Shown piece after piece: positions 30,505 to 45,060 of a DNA stretch of 64,000 nucleotides; within the stretch, counting starts at the first letter, position 1, and the number at the start of each line of letters is the position of its first letter. The DNA is taken from the NCBI RefSeq assembly GCF_024502345.1, contig NZ_JALDNN010000001.1; one strand, 5' to 3'. The notes under the pieces are model-generated. The model made no database searches. It saw nothing but the letters and a program-made list of their open reading frames with translations, and was not told the DNA's origin. The position numbers and the translations under genes were made by a program. The stretch comes from Escherichia coli (GTDB lineage Bacteria; Pseudomonadota; Gammaproteobacteria; Enterobacterales; Enterobacteriaceae).

Positions 30505-31514
30505 TTATTTGCGGTTGCGCAGGTCCAGCGCTACGTCGACGATCATATCTTCCTGGCCGCCCACCATCCGACGTTTGCCCAGTTCCACCAGAATATCTAC
30601 TGCGCTCAGGCCATAACGTGCTGCCGCCACTTCGCAATGACGCAGAAAACTGGAGTACACCCCGGCATAGCCCAGCGCCAGCGTTTCACGATCCACCCGC
30701 ACCGGGCGGTCTTGTAGTGGACGCACTAAATCGTCGGCGGCGTCCATCAGTGCGTAGAGATCGGTTCCGTGCTGCCAACCAAGCTTATCCGCAGCGGCGA
30801 TAAATACCTCCAATGGTGCGTTGCCCGCGCCTGCGCCCATCCCTGCCAGGCTGGCGTCGACACGGTCACACCCCTCTTCTACTGCGGCAATCGAGTTCGC
30901 CACCCCAAGACTCAGGTTGTGATGCGCATGCATTCCGGTTTCTGTTTCAGGCTTCAGCACCGCTTTCAGTGCGCGGAAGCGGGCGCGAATATCGCTCATG
31001 TTCATTGCGCCGCCGGAATCGACCACATAAATACAGGTCGCGCCGTAGTTTTCCATCAGCTTCGCCTGCTGTGCCAGGTTCTCCGGTGTGGTCATATGGC
31101 TCATCATCAGAAAACCGACGGTATCCATGCCAAGCTCACGCGCATACTGAATATGCTGGGCCGACACATCCGCTTCAGTGCAGTGGGTCGCCACGCGCAC
31201 TACCCGTGCGCCGGCCTGATATGCATTTTTCAGGTCATGAATAGTGCCGATACCCGGCAGCAACAGCGTGGCAATTTTGGCATGCTTCACCACGTCCGCC
31301 GCCGCTTCAATCCACTCCAGGTCGCTGTGTGCACCAAAGCCGTAGTTGAAGCTGGAACCTTGTAAACCGTCGCCGTGGGCCACTTCAATAGAATCAACCC
31401 GTGCGTCGTCCAGCGCTTTGGCTATCTGGCGCACATTCTCCAGCGAATATTGATGACGAATAGCGTGCATACCGTCGCGCAGGGTCACGTCAGAGATATA
31501 GAGTTTTTTACCGT

Positions 31515-31518
<4 letters not shown>
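30505..31518 (-). CDS. mhpE: 4-hydroxy-2-oxovalerate aldolase MhpE, second-copy cluster
   Basis: 337-aa ORF beginning [25 protein letters not shown]. Its start overlaps the stop of the second mhpF. Confidence 0.92.
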
Positions 31519-33280
<1,762 letters not shown>

Positions 33281-34147
33281 TTAAGGGCGTGTGAGGAAAT
33301 TCAGCACCAGTTGGTTAAAGGCATCCGCATGTTCCCACTGCGCCCAGTGCCCGCAGTCGCGGTAGATGTGCAGTTCAGAACCGGCAATCCCAGAAAGCAG
33401 GCGCAGACCGGCATCCATCGGCACAAAGCGGTCATTGCGTCCCCAGACAATCAGGGTCTGGGCTTTGATTTCACCCAGACGCGGGCTGAAATCCGGGAAC
33501 TGTTTCGGGTTGGCCTCCAGACTCTGGACAAAGTTTTCCAGGTGATCGCGACGCGACAGCATGTTATTCAGGCGCGCCTTAAACAACGCCTCGGTCAGGT
33601 CGCTGGTGTCGAAGACAAAGATCTCCATCATCAGCTTCAGGTTCTCGATGGTCGGCTCACGATACAGCTGATTCAGGCGCTTGATACCTTCGGTCGGCAT
33701 CGGGGTAAACAGGCTCATGCCGCCCGTTCCGCCGCCCATTAATACCAGTTTGCCCACGCGCTCCGGCCAGCTCAGGGTAAACGCCACAGCACTGTGACCG
33801 CCCATCGAGTTACCCAGCAGGTGGACTGTTTGAATATCCAACTGATCGACCACGCTTTTCAGGATGCGGGCGTTGAGATCGGATCGCGAACCGCGGTTAA
33901 CGATCCCATCGCTTTTGCCCCAGCCAGGACAATCCAGCAGGATCACCCGGTATCCGGCCTGTACCAACGGATCGATATTACGGCTGAAGTTTGCCCAGCC
34001 CGTCGCGCCAGGACCAGAGCCATGCAACAGCACGACGGTCTCATCGCCCTGCCCACAGTCATTGAAATGCACGCGTAGGGTTTCGCCTGCTTCCTGCACT
34101 TCCAGAAAACGACTGGTAGCGGCTTCGGTTTGCGGTTGGTAAGTCAT
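33281..34147 (-). CDS. mhpC: MhpC hydrolase, second diverged copy
   Basis: The start was taken at [28 protein letters not shown] (288 aa). GNSMGG is conserved. Confidence 0.92.
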   Translation of the reverse strand: MTYQPQTEAATSRFLEVQEAGETLRVHFNDCGQGDETVVLLHGSGPGATGWANFSRNIDPLVQAGYRVILLDCPGWGKSDGIVNRGSRSDLNARILKSVVDQLDIQTVHLLGNSMGGHSAVAFTLSWPERVGKLVLMGGGTGGMSLFTPMPTEGIKRLNQLYREPTIENLKLMMEIFVFDTSDLTEALFKARLNNMLSRRDHLENFVQSLEANPKQFPDFSPRLGEIKAQTLIVWGRNDRFVPMDAGLRLLSGIAGSELHIYRDCGHWAQWEHADAFNQLVLNFLTRP

Positions 34148-34175
34148 GATGTTCTCCTGCATATTCAGTTCTGTT

Positions 34176-35129
34176 TTAGTTCTGTGTAGTGGCGCTCAGG
34201 GAGCCGAATCCGGCGATCCACTCCGGGATCGGGCGGTAATAACGGCCTTCGCTGCGCCAGTTGCCAAAAGCAGAAATGGCGGCAAAGGCGGCAAAGGCGG
34301 CAACCCAGGTTTTCACTTCGTGCGTTGATTTGCCCGCCATCGCGGACAGCTCTTCGTTACTGACCGCGTCCAGCCCCTGCAAACGCCCCTGCTCAAGCAG
34401 GGACATAAAACGGTTATCCCAGACAGGGTTAAGCGGGTGTAGCGTGTTTTGATCGACCACAAACTTCTCGGCGGCGCTGATCACCCGCTGCTGGCGCAGC
34501 TCGCGCTCGTTTTCAGGTAACTGTTTGCCACTGCCGAGCAGGCGGTCACGCATATGGGCATCAGCCTTCGCCAGCTCCGGTACCGGCGGCTGATGCGATA
34601 GCCCGCCGGAGCCTAAAAACAGCACGCGCTTATTCAGCGAGCTGGCGAAACGGCCAATCGCTTCACCGAGCATGCGGGTACGCTGAAAGCCCGGCAGCGG
34701 CGTTGCGACGCCGTTAATAAACACTGGCAGCACCGGCACCTTATCCAGGCCGCCGAGCAAAAACTCCAGCGGCTGCGCGAAGCCATGATCGACCTGCATG
34801 TTGTAGGACACGGCGAGATCGATACCGCTTTTCATTACCGCGTGGGCGCAGGCTTCAGCCAGATCTGTCGGCACCGGTAATTCCCCCGCCGCGCTACCAA
34901 AATCGCCGATCGCCGTAGCGCCAACGCCTAAACAGAACGGCGGCATCACGTCGTAGGAAAATCCGTTGTAGTGATCGGGGGCAAACAGCACGACCAGTTC
35001 AGGTTCGAACGCCGCAATACGTGCCCGAGCGCTGGCGATCACGCCATTAACCTCGTCGAGCACAGCCTGTGCCGGGTCGACATAGCCCACCAGCGGCGAG
35101 TGGGAAAGACAGTGAAGATAAGCGTGCAT
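34176..35129 (-). CDS. mhpB: MhpB dioxygenase, second diverged copy, with a 3-aa insertion
   Basis: The start was taken at [19 protein letters not shown]. It is 317 aa against 314 aa in copy 1; the extra AAF comes from a 9-bp tandem repeat at 34279-34296. Confidence 0.9.
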   Translation of the reverse strand: MHAYLHCLSHSPLVGYVDPAQAVLDEVNGVIASARARIAAFEPELVVLFAPDHYNGFSYDVMPPFCLGVGATAIGDFGSAAGELPVPTDLAEACAHAVMKSGIDLAVSYNMQVDHGFAQPLEFLLGGLDKVPVLPVFINGVATPLPGFQRTRMLGEAIGRFASSLNKRVLFLGSGGLSHQPPVPELAKADAHMRDRLLGSGKQLPENERELRQQRVISAAEKFVVDQNTLHPLNPVWDNRFMSLLEQGRLQGLDAVSNEELSAMAGKSTHEVKTWVAAFAAFAAISAFGNWRSEGRYYRPIPEWIAGFGSLSATTQN

Positions 35130-35130
35130 A

Positions 35131-36515
35131 TCAGGCAACCTTTTCAACAGGAATGTCGGCAGTAGCGCGAGTGAGCGTCATCACCGACGCCAGTTTATTC
35201 AGGGTGCTGCCCAGGGTTTGCGGAATGGCGATGGCGGCCACGAAGCGGTCCGGACGCATGACTACCAGCGCGGCGTTGTGCTGGGCAAACCACGCGCGCA
35301 GGCGGTTTTGCGTATCGCCTATGCGGGTAACGCCGTCGTGGTTATCCTGATCGGTATGTATCTGCGTATCCGGCACGACCTGGATAAAACGCGTCCCCAG
35401 CGCCTGCCACTGTTGGATCTGCGCCTCGCTCATGCCCCATAGTGGGTTACAGCCCCAGCCAATCACCGCAAAATTCGGTCCGATGACGTTGTCGAGCAAC
35501 GTCACTTCGCCCGATTCCAGCGTCACCTTCGGCTGGATAAACATCTTGCCGACCGGTGAAGTTTTCGCGTCGCCTTCACGCACCAGCGCCCCGGCGTGGT
35601 ACTGCGGCATCGGCTTAAACCGCATTTCAAGGAAGTAGCGTTTGACCGGCGGAATATAGTTCAACAGCCAGGAAACCCCATCGCGTACCGCGCCGTGCCA
35701 GCGTTTGGGCGGCGCAAGTACGTTGCCAGCGGTCACGGAGAGGTCGATCATCGCTTTGGCGTGGTCGCGGCGTTCCTGCTGGTAGGTATCCAACAGCGCA
35801 TCGTCGGCTTTACCGTTAATCACCAGCGCCAGTTTCCATGCCAGGTTGAAAGCATCGCGCATGCCGCTGTTGTATCCCTGACCCTGCCAGACCGGCATAA
35901 TGTGCGCCGCATCGCCCGCCAGCAGCACGCGGTCAATACGAAAACGTTCGGCCAGACGAGCATTATGGGTATACACGCGCTGGCGGATCAGCTCGACGTT
36001 GTCCGGGTTCGGCAGCACTTTGCTCAGTAACTGGCGCATATTCTGCGGCTCGCTAAGCTGCGCTTCGGTTTCCCCCGGCATAACCATAAACTCAAAACGG
36101 CGCACCGCGTGCGGCAGCGCGGCAGAGACATACGGGCGCACCGGATCGCAGCATAAATACACATGCGGCGTGCTGAGCGGATCGTTGGCGATATCCACCA
36201 CAATCCACTGATTCGGCGCGGTTTTACCTTCAAACGGCACGTTCAGAGAACGTCTGACGTTGCTGCCGCCGCCGTCGCAGGCCACCAGCCACTGAGCCTT
36301 CACCGTTTCACGTTGACCGTCTGGCGCTTTCAGATTTAGCGTCACTTCGCCGTTTTGTTGGCTGAAGGCCTCCAGCTCGCGGGAGAACAGGCAGCGCACG
36401 TTGGGAAAACGCGACAACCCTTCCAACATCACCGCGTCCACCTGCGGCTGAATAAACGCATTACGACGCGACCAGCCAAATTCGTCGGTCATCGGCTGGA
36501 TATCAGCAAAGCAAC
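35131..36515 (-). pseudogene. mhpA: mhpA' second copy, with the 5' end (about 94 codons including the FAD GxGxxG motif) removed at the IS30 junction
   Basis: The frame reads (C)[27 protein letters not shown] and abuts the IS30 end at 36516. Copy 1 has 101 residues before the equivalent Met. Confidence 0.9.
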
Positions 36516-38646
<2,131 letters not shown>

Positions 38647-39905
38647 AACAGTCACCGAACTCGATAATAAAGCGACTCATGGCTATCCGCCAGTCCTGAA
38701 GTGGCATCGTCCATTTCTGTGAGGCTGACTGGATAGCCAGCCTCATCACTTTTTTCACCGATTCATCTATCGGGAACACTTTCCGTTTCTTTATCGCATG
38801 TCTGATGACGCTATTCAGCGATTCGATTGCGTTAGTGGTGTAGATAACCTTGCGGATCGCCTCCGAATACACGAAGAAGGTGGCAACATTCGGCCAGTTT
38901 GCCCGCCAGCTGCGACTTATCTGCGGGTACCGTGCATCCCATTCCTTCCCGAACGCATCCAGCGCCTGCAACGCGCCTTCTTCCGTGGCTGCGCGGTAAA
39001 CCTGTTTCAGGTCACGGGTTACCGCTTTATAGTCTTTCCACGCCAAGAACCGCAGGCTGTTGCGTGCCATGTGTACTATGCACAACTGGATCTGCGTCTC
39101 CGGGTAGACGGCATTAATCGCTTCCGGGAAGCCTTTCAGGCCGTCCACACAGGCGATAAGGATATCGTTCAGCCCGCGATTTTTCAGTTCCGTCAGTACA
39201 TTCAGCCAGAACTTTGCACCTTCATTTTCGGCCAGCCACATACCTGGCAGCTCTTTCTGACCATCAAGGTTAATACCCAGAGCCAGGAACACCGCTCTGT
39301 TGATAACCCGGCTGTCCTGCCGTACTTTCAGGACAATACATTCAAGATAAACAATGGGATAAATCGCATCCAGAGGACGGTTTTGCCATTCTACAACCTG
39401 GTCGATTGCGGCATCGGTGACTTTCGATATCAGCGCCGGAGAGACGTCTGCATCGTACATTTCTTTGAAGACTGAGGTAATTTCGCGGGTAGTCATCCCT
39501 CTGGCATACAGCGCCAGGATCTGGTTGTCCATGCCGGTAATGCGGGTCTGATTTTTCTTCACCAGTTGTGGTTCGAAGGAACCATCACGATCACGTGGAG
39601 TACGTAATTCCATCGGCCCGTCGGTAGTGGTGACGGTTTTCGTGGAATAGCCATTACGGGAGTTGGTTCCCGATTTGGGCTGATTTTTTTCATGTCCCAG
39701 ATGGTGAGTCAGTTCAGCGTTGAGAGCAGCCTCAACACTGATTTTCTTGAGCAGGCGATCGAACTGACTGAGATCTTCAGGGATTTTGAGATTTTTGGCC
39801 AGTTCGTTAGCCAGAGCCTGCAATTGTTTGTCGTCCATAATTTAACCTTCATTTGATGTTGAATTGAACATATCAAAATCAGGCAATTACACAAATATAT
39901 GTACA
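38647..39905 (-). mobile_element. IS256-family (Mutator-type) element, 3'-truncated; the outer end is approximate
   Basis: The minus-strand ORF begins MDDKQLQALANELAKNLKIPEDLSQFDRLLKKISVEAALNAELTHHLGHEK...GYSTKTV...CIVHMARNS. The C-terminus after RFIIEFGD reads into IS911 sequence. An AT-rich leader ends near 39905, where GC content jumps. Confidence 0.75.
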
Positions 39906-40025
39906 GGCTCGCACCTGGGCTTGCCTGACTGACCGCAGGCCGGCGACGACAAGGTGGAAAAGTTCGGCGTGTGGCTCTGGCGGCAACGATCCCGCGAAGG
40001 GCGGACGGTGCTTGAGCTGTTGAAC

Positions 40026-40428
40026 GTAAGCATGCGGGCAAACCATCTTGCGCGACTATGCCGGATGCCACCTATGCGGCAGCAGCTCTGCAATCTCACT
40101 AGCTCGCTGCGTCGGCAACCGTCTCAGCACATCCTTGAGATAGGCATACGGATCGTGCCCATTATTACGGGCCGACTGGATCAAACTCATGATCGCAGCA
40201 GCGCGCTTGAGCATGCGAACCCGCGCCGAGCATTTGAGAAGGCAACGGGATGAACGCTGGCTGGATAGCCGTGGTTTTCTGGGTAAGCAGGCGAATCCAT
40301 TTGTGGACGAGGTTGGCATTGAGGCTGTAGCCCAAGGCGATGTTTGCGATGGAGGCACCGGGTTCAGAACACTCCTGAATGACCTGGGCCTTGAAAGATT
40401 TGCTGTAGGTACGGCGCTGAGGGCGCAT
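40026..40428 (-). mobile_element. IS66-family relic: the start of tnpA fused by deletion to the C-terminal tail of tnpC
   Basis: The minus strand reads MRPQRRTYSKSFKAQVIQECSEPGASIANIALGYSLNANLVHKWI (from 40428), and then ...MSLIQSARNNGHDPYAYLKDVLRRLPTQRASEIAELLPHRWHPA*. GTAAGC, which I recall as the typical IS66 terminus, is at 40026. Confidence 0.65.
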
Positions 40429-40935
40429 GGAAAATCCGCTTGATGGGCCATGGCCTTCGGCGGCGGTGTCGGGAAGGTGTGTTGGCCGGACGGATACTGT
40501 TGAACTACGTTGTCTGGGGCAACGGAAGTGTTTCGGCCCGACTCTGGAACGCGATCCGCAGCGACGACTGGGCAATTCCGCACGTTGGCCTGAGCAGCCT
40601 CGGGGAAATCGTCGTCTGGGCGCGCCCAGACGAGTTTCCGCCAAGGAACATGCAGACAAGCAAGGGGCTGCGGGCACTCGGCTACAACGTGAGGATCGGT
40701 GTTTGATCGAGGCGCCTGTGGCACACGCAGGCTGAGGAGCCAGGCGCTGTCCATTGCCTGATCAGGCCGCCCCCCTGTGCCTTGCCTGAGCAGTTGACCT
40801 GCATCAATGGGGCGGGAGAACGCTGCACATTGCACTCTTGACTCCTGAAGTTTTTCATGGTAAGCCTAATATTACAAAGTATTGCAAGGATTTCCTTGGC
40901 CGGAACCGCAAAGCGACGCGATTGGAGAGGGTGAG

Positions 40936-41217
40936 ATGAAAGCGCACCTACAGGTGATTTTCACGCTCGATGAATTGGCTGCGTACTTGAAAGTCGGCAA
41001 GCGGACGCTTTATCGGCTCGCCGCACACGGGGAAATTCCGGCTTTCAAGGTGGGCGGGACGTGGCGGCTTCGTCAAAGTGAAATCGATCAGTGCATCAAT
41101 GATCAGACCCGAGCCGGAGCAAAGAAGGAGGTGATGCGCAAGCGTGAACAGCAGAAGTCATCCGAGCAGCCCGTGTCGCCTGGGCGCACTGCCCGTCGCA
41201 GCAGGCAAAGGGCTTGA
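40936..41217 (+). CDS. MerR/excisionase-type HTH DNA-binding protein (LHR orf1)
   Basis: The ATG at 40936 follows ggagagggtgag. The protein reads MKAHLQVIFTLDELAAYLKVGKRTLYRLAAHGEIPAFKVGGTWRLRQSEIDQ. Confidence 0.8.
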   Translation: MKAHLQVIFTLDELAAYLKVGKRTLYRLAAHGEIPAFKVGGTWRLRQSEIDQCINDQTRAGAKKEVMRKREQQKSSEQPVSPGRTARRSRQRA

Positions 41218-41251
41218 GTAACTCGTTTTCCAATTTTTCTGGAGGTATGAC

Positions 41252-41821
41252 ATGGACATCGATTTCAAGAAGTTGGCTCCCTGGAACTGGTTCAAGAACG
41301 AGCAGCAAGAGCAGCAGACCGCCTCTTCCCTGCCGGTGCAGCGCAATGACCTGCCAGCGGCGAGCGGGCCAGTCAGCCCGATCCTGCAACTGCGTCGGGA
41401 AATCGACCGGCTGTTCGATGACGCATTCCGGGGCTTCGGTTTTCCGGCGTTGAACATGCCGCAGTGGCCATCCGATTGGTCGGGCATGCTGAAGCCGGCC
41501 CTGGACATCCAGGAAACCGACAAGCAGTACAAGATTGCCCTGGAAGTGCCCGGTGTCGAGGAGAAGGACATCCAGATCACCCTCGACAACGACGTGCTGA
41601 TGGTGCGTGGCGAGAAGCGCCAGGAACAGGAGAAGAAGGAAGGTGGCTTCCACCGTGTGGAGCGCTCCTACGGCAGCTTTCAGCGTGCCTTGAACCTGCC
41701 TGACGACGCCAACCAGGATTCGATCAAGGCATCGTTCAAGAACGGGGTGCTCACGGTCACGATCGACAAGCGCGAGGTCAGCGCGCCGAAGCAGGGACGC
41801 TCGATCCCGATCAACGGCTGA
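41252..41821 (+). CDS. small heat-shock protein, Hsp20/alpha-crystallin family (LHR sHSP20)
   Basis: 189 aa. The alpha-crystallin core reads LDIQETDKQYKIALEVPGVEEKDIQITLDNDVLMVRGEKRQE...FHRVERSYGSFQRALNLPDDA. The RBS is ggagg. Confidence 0.9.
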   Translation: MDIDFKKLAPWNWFKNEQQEQQTASSLPVQRNDLPAASGPVSPILQLRREIDRLFDDAFRGFGFPALNMPQWPSDWSGMLKPALDIQETDKQYKIALEVPGVEEKDIQITLDNDVLMVRGEKRQEQEKKEGGFHRVERSYGSFQRALNLPDDANQDSIKASFKNGVLTVTIDKREVSAPKQGRSIPING

Positions 41822-41926
41822 CGTCGCCGGCTCGTTCGTCACAAGAAAAACCCGTCCCGAGACGAGGTGTCGCGGCTCGCGATGCCTCGTCGCCTCAACC
41901 TTTTCAACCTTCTAAGGAGCATCAGC

Positions 41927-44809
41927 ATGGCCAGAAAACAATGCCAGGTCTGCGGCCAACCCGCCACCGTGCGGGTGGAAGCCAATCTCAACGGTCGTCA
42001 CAGCACCATGCTGTTGTGCGACGACCATTACCGGCAATTAGTGCGCCAGCAAAAGCGCACCGTTTCGCCGCTGGAAGCCTTGTTCGGTTCGCGCAGCGGC
42101 CTGTTCGAGGACTTCCTCGGCAGTGACTTCTTCCGCATCGGCGACGACGCGACGCCAGTTGCCGCCGATACCGATGACGTGGTCGATGCCTCGTTTGGCG
42201 AGCCCGCCGCCGCAGGTTCGGGTGCGCCGCGCCGTCGCGGCAGTGGGCTGGCCAGCCGCATCAGCGAACAGTCGGAAGCCTTGTTGCAGGAGGCCGCCAA
42301 ACACGCTGCCGAATTTGGCCGCTCCGAGGTGGATACCGAACATCTGCTGCTGGCGCTGGCCGACAGCGACGTGGTCAAGACCATCCTGGGTCAGTTCAAG
42401 ATCAAGGTCGATGACCTCAAGCGGCAGATCGAGTCTGAGGCCAAGCGCGGGGACAAGCCCTTCGAGGGCGAGATCGGCGTGTCGCCGCGCGTGAAGGATG
42501 CGCTCAGCCGCGCCTTCGTGGCCTCCAATGAACTCGGTCATTCTTATGTCGGTCCAGAGCATTTCCTGATTGGTCTGGCCGAGGAAGGCGAAGGGCTGGC
42601 CGCCAACCTGCTGCGCCGCTACGGCCTGACGCCGCAGGCGCTGCGCCAACAGGTCAGCAAGGTGGTCGGCAAGGGCGCCGAGGATGGACGCGCTGAGACG
42701 CCGACCAACACGCCCGAGCTGGATAAATACTCGCGCGACCTCACCAAGATGGCGCGCGACGGCAAGCTCGACCCGGTGATCGGCCGCGCGCAGGAGATCG
42801 AAACCACCATCGAGGTGCTGGCCCGGCGCAAGAAGAACAACCCGGTGCTGATCGGCGAGCCGGGTGTGGGCAAGACCGCCATCGTCGAAGGGCTGGCGCA
42901 GCGCATGGTGGCGGGTGAAGTGCCCGAGACCTTGCGCGACAAGCGCCTGGTGGAACTCAACATCAACGCCATGGTGGCCGGCGCCAAATATCGCGGCGAG
43001 TTCGAGGAGCGCGTGCAGAAGGTGCTGAAGGAGGTGACCGAGCACCAGGGCGAGCTGATTTTGTTCATCGACGAGGTGCACACCATCGTCGGTGCCGGCC
43101 AGGGCGGTGGCGAAGGCGGGCTGGACGTGGCCAACGTATTCAAACCGATGATGGCGCGCGGTGAACTCAACCTGATCGGCGCCACGACGCTGAACGAGTA
43201 CCAGAAATACATCGAGAAGGATGCCGCACTGGAGCGGCGCTTCCAGCCGGTGACGGTGCCCGAGCCGACGGTGGCCCAGACCATCATGATTCTGCGCGGC
43301 CTGCGCGACACCTTCGAGGCGCACCACAAGGTCAGCATCTCCGAGGACGCGATCATCGCGGCGGCCGAGTTGTCCGACCGCTACATCACGGCGCGCTTCC
43401 TGCCGGACAAGGCGATCGACCTGCTCGACCAGGCGGCCGCGCGCGTGAAGCTGTCGGCCACGGCCCGGCCGGTGGCCGTGCAGGAGCTGGAGTCCGAACT
43501 GCACCAGCTGCGGCGTGAACAGGATTACGTGGCCGCGCGCAAGCAGTACGACCAGGCCGCCGAGCTCGGCAAGCGCATCGAAGCCAAGGAGACCGAGCTC
43601 AAGAAGCTCGTCGAGAACTGGGAGCGGGAGCGGGCCTCCGGCAGTGCAGAGGTCAAGGCGGAACACGTGGCGCAGATCGTCTCGCGCCTGACCGGCATCC
43701 CTGTCAACGAGTTGACGGTGGAAGAGCGCGAAAAGCTGCTGCACTTGGAACAACGGCTGCACGAGCGCCTGGTGGGACAAGACGAGGCGGTCCGTGCCGT
43801 GGCCGATGCCGTGCGGCTGTCCCGCGCCGGCCTGCGCGAAGGCAGCAAACCGGTGGCTACCTTCCTGTTTCTGGGCCCGACCGGGGTGGGCAAGACCGAG
43901 CTCGCCAAGGCATTGGCCGAATCGATCTACGGCGATGAGCACGCCCTGTTGCGCATCGACATGTCGGAATATGGCGAACGCCATACCGTGGCGCGGCTGG
44001 TGGGCGCGCCTCCGGGCTATGTCGGTTACGACGAAGGCGGTCAGCTCACCGAGAAGGTGCGGCGCAAGCCCTACAGCGTGCTGCTGCTCGACGAGATCGA
44101 GAAGGCACACCCTGACGTCTACAACATCCTGCTGCAAGTGTTCGACGACGGTCGCCTCACCGACGGCAAGGGCCGGGTGGTGGATTTCACCAACACCATC
44201 ATCATCGCCACGTCCAACCTGGGTTCGGACATCATCCAGCGACGGCTGAAGGCGCGTGGGGCGGCCGACGAGGAGTACGAAAAGACCAAGGCCGAGGTCA
44301 TGGACGTGCTGCGCGGCCACTTCCGGCCCGAGTTCCTCAACCGCATCGACGAGATCATCGTCTTCCATGCGCTGGGTAAGGAGGAGATCCGCCACATCGT
44401 CGGCCTGCAGCTCGATCGCGTGGCGCGCAGCGCCGCCAGCCAGGGCGTGACGCTCACTTTCGATCAGACGCTGATCGACCATTTCGCGGAAGAAGGCTAC
44501 AAACCCGAGTTCGGTGCGCGTGAACTCAAGCGCCTGATCCGCAGCGAGCTGGAAACTGCGCTGGCGCGCGAGATGCTCGGTGGCGGCATCGGCAAGGGCG
44601 ATCACGCCAGCGCACGCTGGGACGACAAGGCCGAACGCGTGGTGTTCGAACGCAAAGAGCCACTGCAGACCCCGGCCGAGCCGGAGCAGCCGGATGCCGC
44701 GAAGGCGACCGAGCCGGAGCAGCCGGATGCCGCGAAGGCGACCGAGACGCCGCACGGCGACGCTGGCAAAGGCTCGCGCAAGAAGAAGTCGGCGAGCGAC
44801 GCATCTTGA
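41927..44809 (+). CDS. clpK: ClpB-like AAA+ disaggregase ClpK (ClpG-GI)
   Basis: The ATG at 41927 follows aaggag. It has an N-terminal Cys-rich extension ([15 protein letters not shown]...[10 protein letters not shown]), two Clp_N repeats, two Walker A sites (GEPGVGKT and GPTGVGKT), and two Walker B sites (LFIDEVH and [10 protein letters not shown]). Length is 960 aa. Confidence 0.92.
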   Translation: MARKQCQVCGQPATVRVEANLNGRHSTMLLCDDHYRQLVRQQKRTVSPLEALFGSRSGLFEDFLGSDFFRIGDDATPVAADTDDVVDASFGEPAAAGSGAPRRRGSGLASRISEQSEALLQEAAKHAAEFGRSEVDTEHLLLALADSDVVKTILGQFKIKVDDLKRQIESEAKRGDKPFEGEIGVSPRVKDALSRAFVASNELGHSYVGPEHFLIGLAEEGEGLAANLLRRYGLTPQALRQQVSKVVGKGAEDGRAETPTNTPELDKYSRDLTKMARDGKLDPVIGRAQEIETTIEVLARRKKNNPVLIGEPGVGKTAIVEGLAQRMVAGEVPETLRDKRLVELNINAMVAGAKYRGEFEERVQKVLKEVTEHQGELILFIDEVHTIVGAGQGGGEGGLDVANVFKPMMARGELNLIGATTLNEYQKYIEKDAALERRFQPVTVPEPTVAQTIMILRGLRDTFEAHHKVSISEDAIIAAAELSDRYITARFLPDKAIDLLDQAAARVKLSATARPVAVQELESELHQLRREQDYVAARKQYDQAAELGKRIEAKETELKKLVENWERERASGSAEVKAEHVAQIVSRLTGIPVNELTVEEREKLLHLEQRLHERLVGQDEAVRAVADAVRLSRAGLREGSKPVATFLFLGPTGVGKTELAKALAESIYGDEHALLRIDMSEYGERHTVARLVGAPPGYVGYDEGGQLTEKVRRKPYSVLLLDEIEKAHPDVYNILLQVFDDGRLTDGKGRVVDFTNTIIIATSNLGSDIIQRRLKARGAADEEYEKTKAEVMDVLRGHFRPEFLNRIDEIIVFHALGKEEIRHIVGLQLDRVARSAASQGVTLTFDQTLIDHFAEEGYKPEFGARELKRLIRSELETALAREMLGGGIGKGDHASARWDDKAERVVFERKEPLQTPAEPEQPDAAKATEPEQPDAAKATETPHGDAGKGSRKKKSASDAS

Positions 44810-45000
44810 TGGCGGGCGAGGCTGCCGTGTCCGACCCCAAGGGCCTGGCATGGGCAGCCTCCCTGGCCTCGATCGCGGTGGCGTTCGTGGCCGCGGGTCA
44901 CGCGGTCGTCTACAAGCGTGATCCGCGGTCGACCACGCCGTGGGGGCTGCTCATCAGCGGCGGCACTGCCCTCCCGCTCGCTGGCCATCCGTTTGCGTGA
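44809..45000 (+). CDS. small hydrophobic protein (LHR orf4), possibly the N-terminal remnant of a cardiolipin-synthase-like gene
   Basis: Its ATG overlaps the clpK TGA (TGATG). The protein [49 protein letters not shown] resembles the first TM helix plus the KRDPR segment of Cls-type proteins as I recall them. Confidence 0.4.
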   Translation: MAGEAAVSDPKGLAWAASLASIAVAFVAAGHAVVYKRDPRSTTPWGLLISGGTALPLAGHPFA

Positions 45001-45060
45001 CGGTGCGGCCCGTCTGTTCACCTGATCCTCTGGCAACTCGACTTTCGAGGAACACAGCCC

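Noticed and set aside
40056-40835. 259-aa and 170-aa minus-strand ORFs spanning the region upstream of LHR orf1
   Set aside because: They are composite read-throughs of the IS66-family relic (the tnpC tail and tnpA head lie in different frames) plus GC-rich non-coding DNA. Only the short segments with transposase similarity are meaningful.
42038-44851. A 937-aa ORF on the minus strand covering nearly all of clpK
   Set aside because: It is exactly antisense to a gene with unmistakable AAA+ motifs. Its translation is Arg/Ala/Gly/Leu-rich low-complexity sequence, typical of stop-codon-poor antisense frames in high-GC DNA. No RBS or recognisable motif is present.
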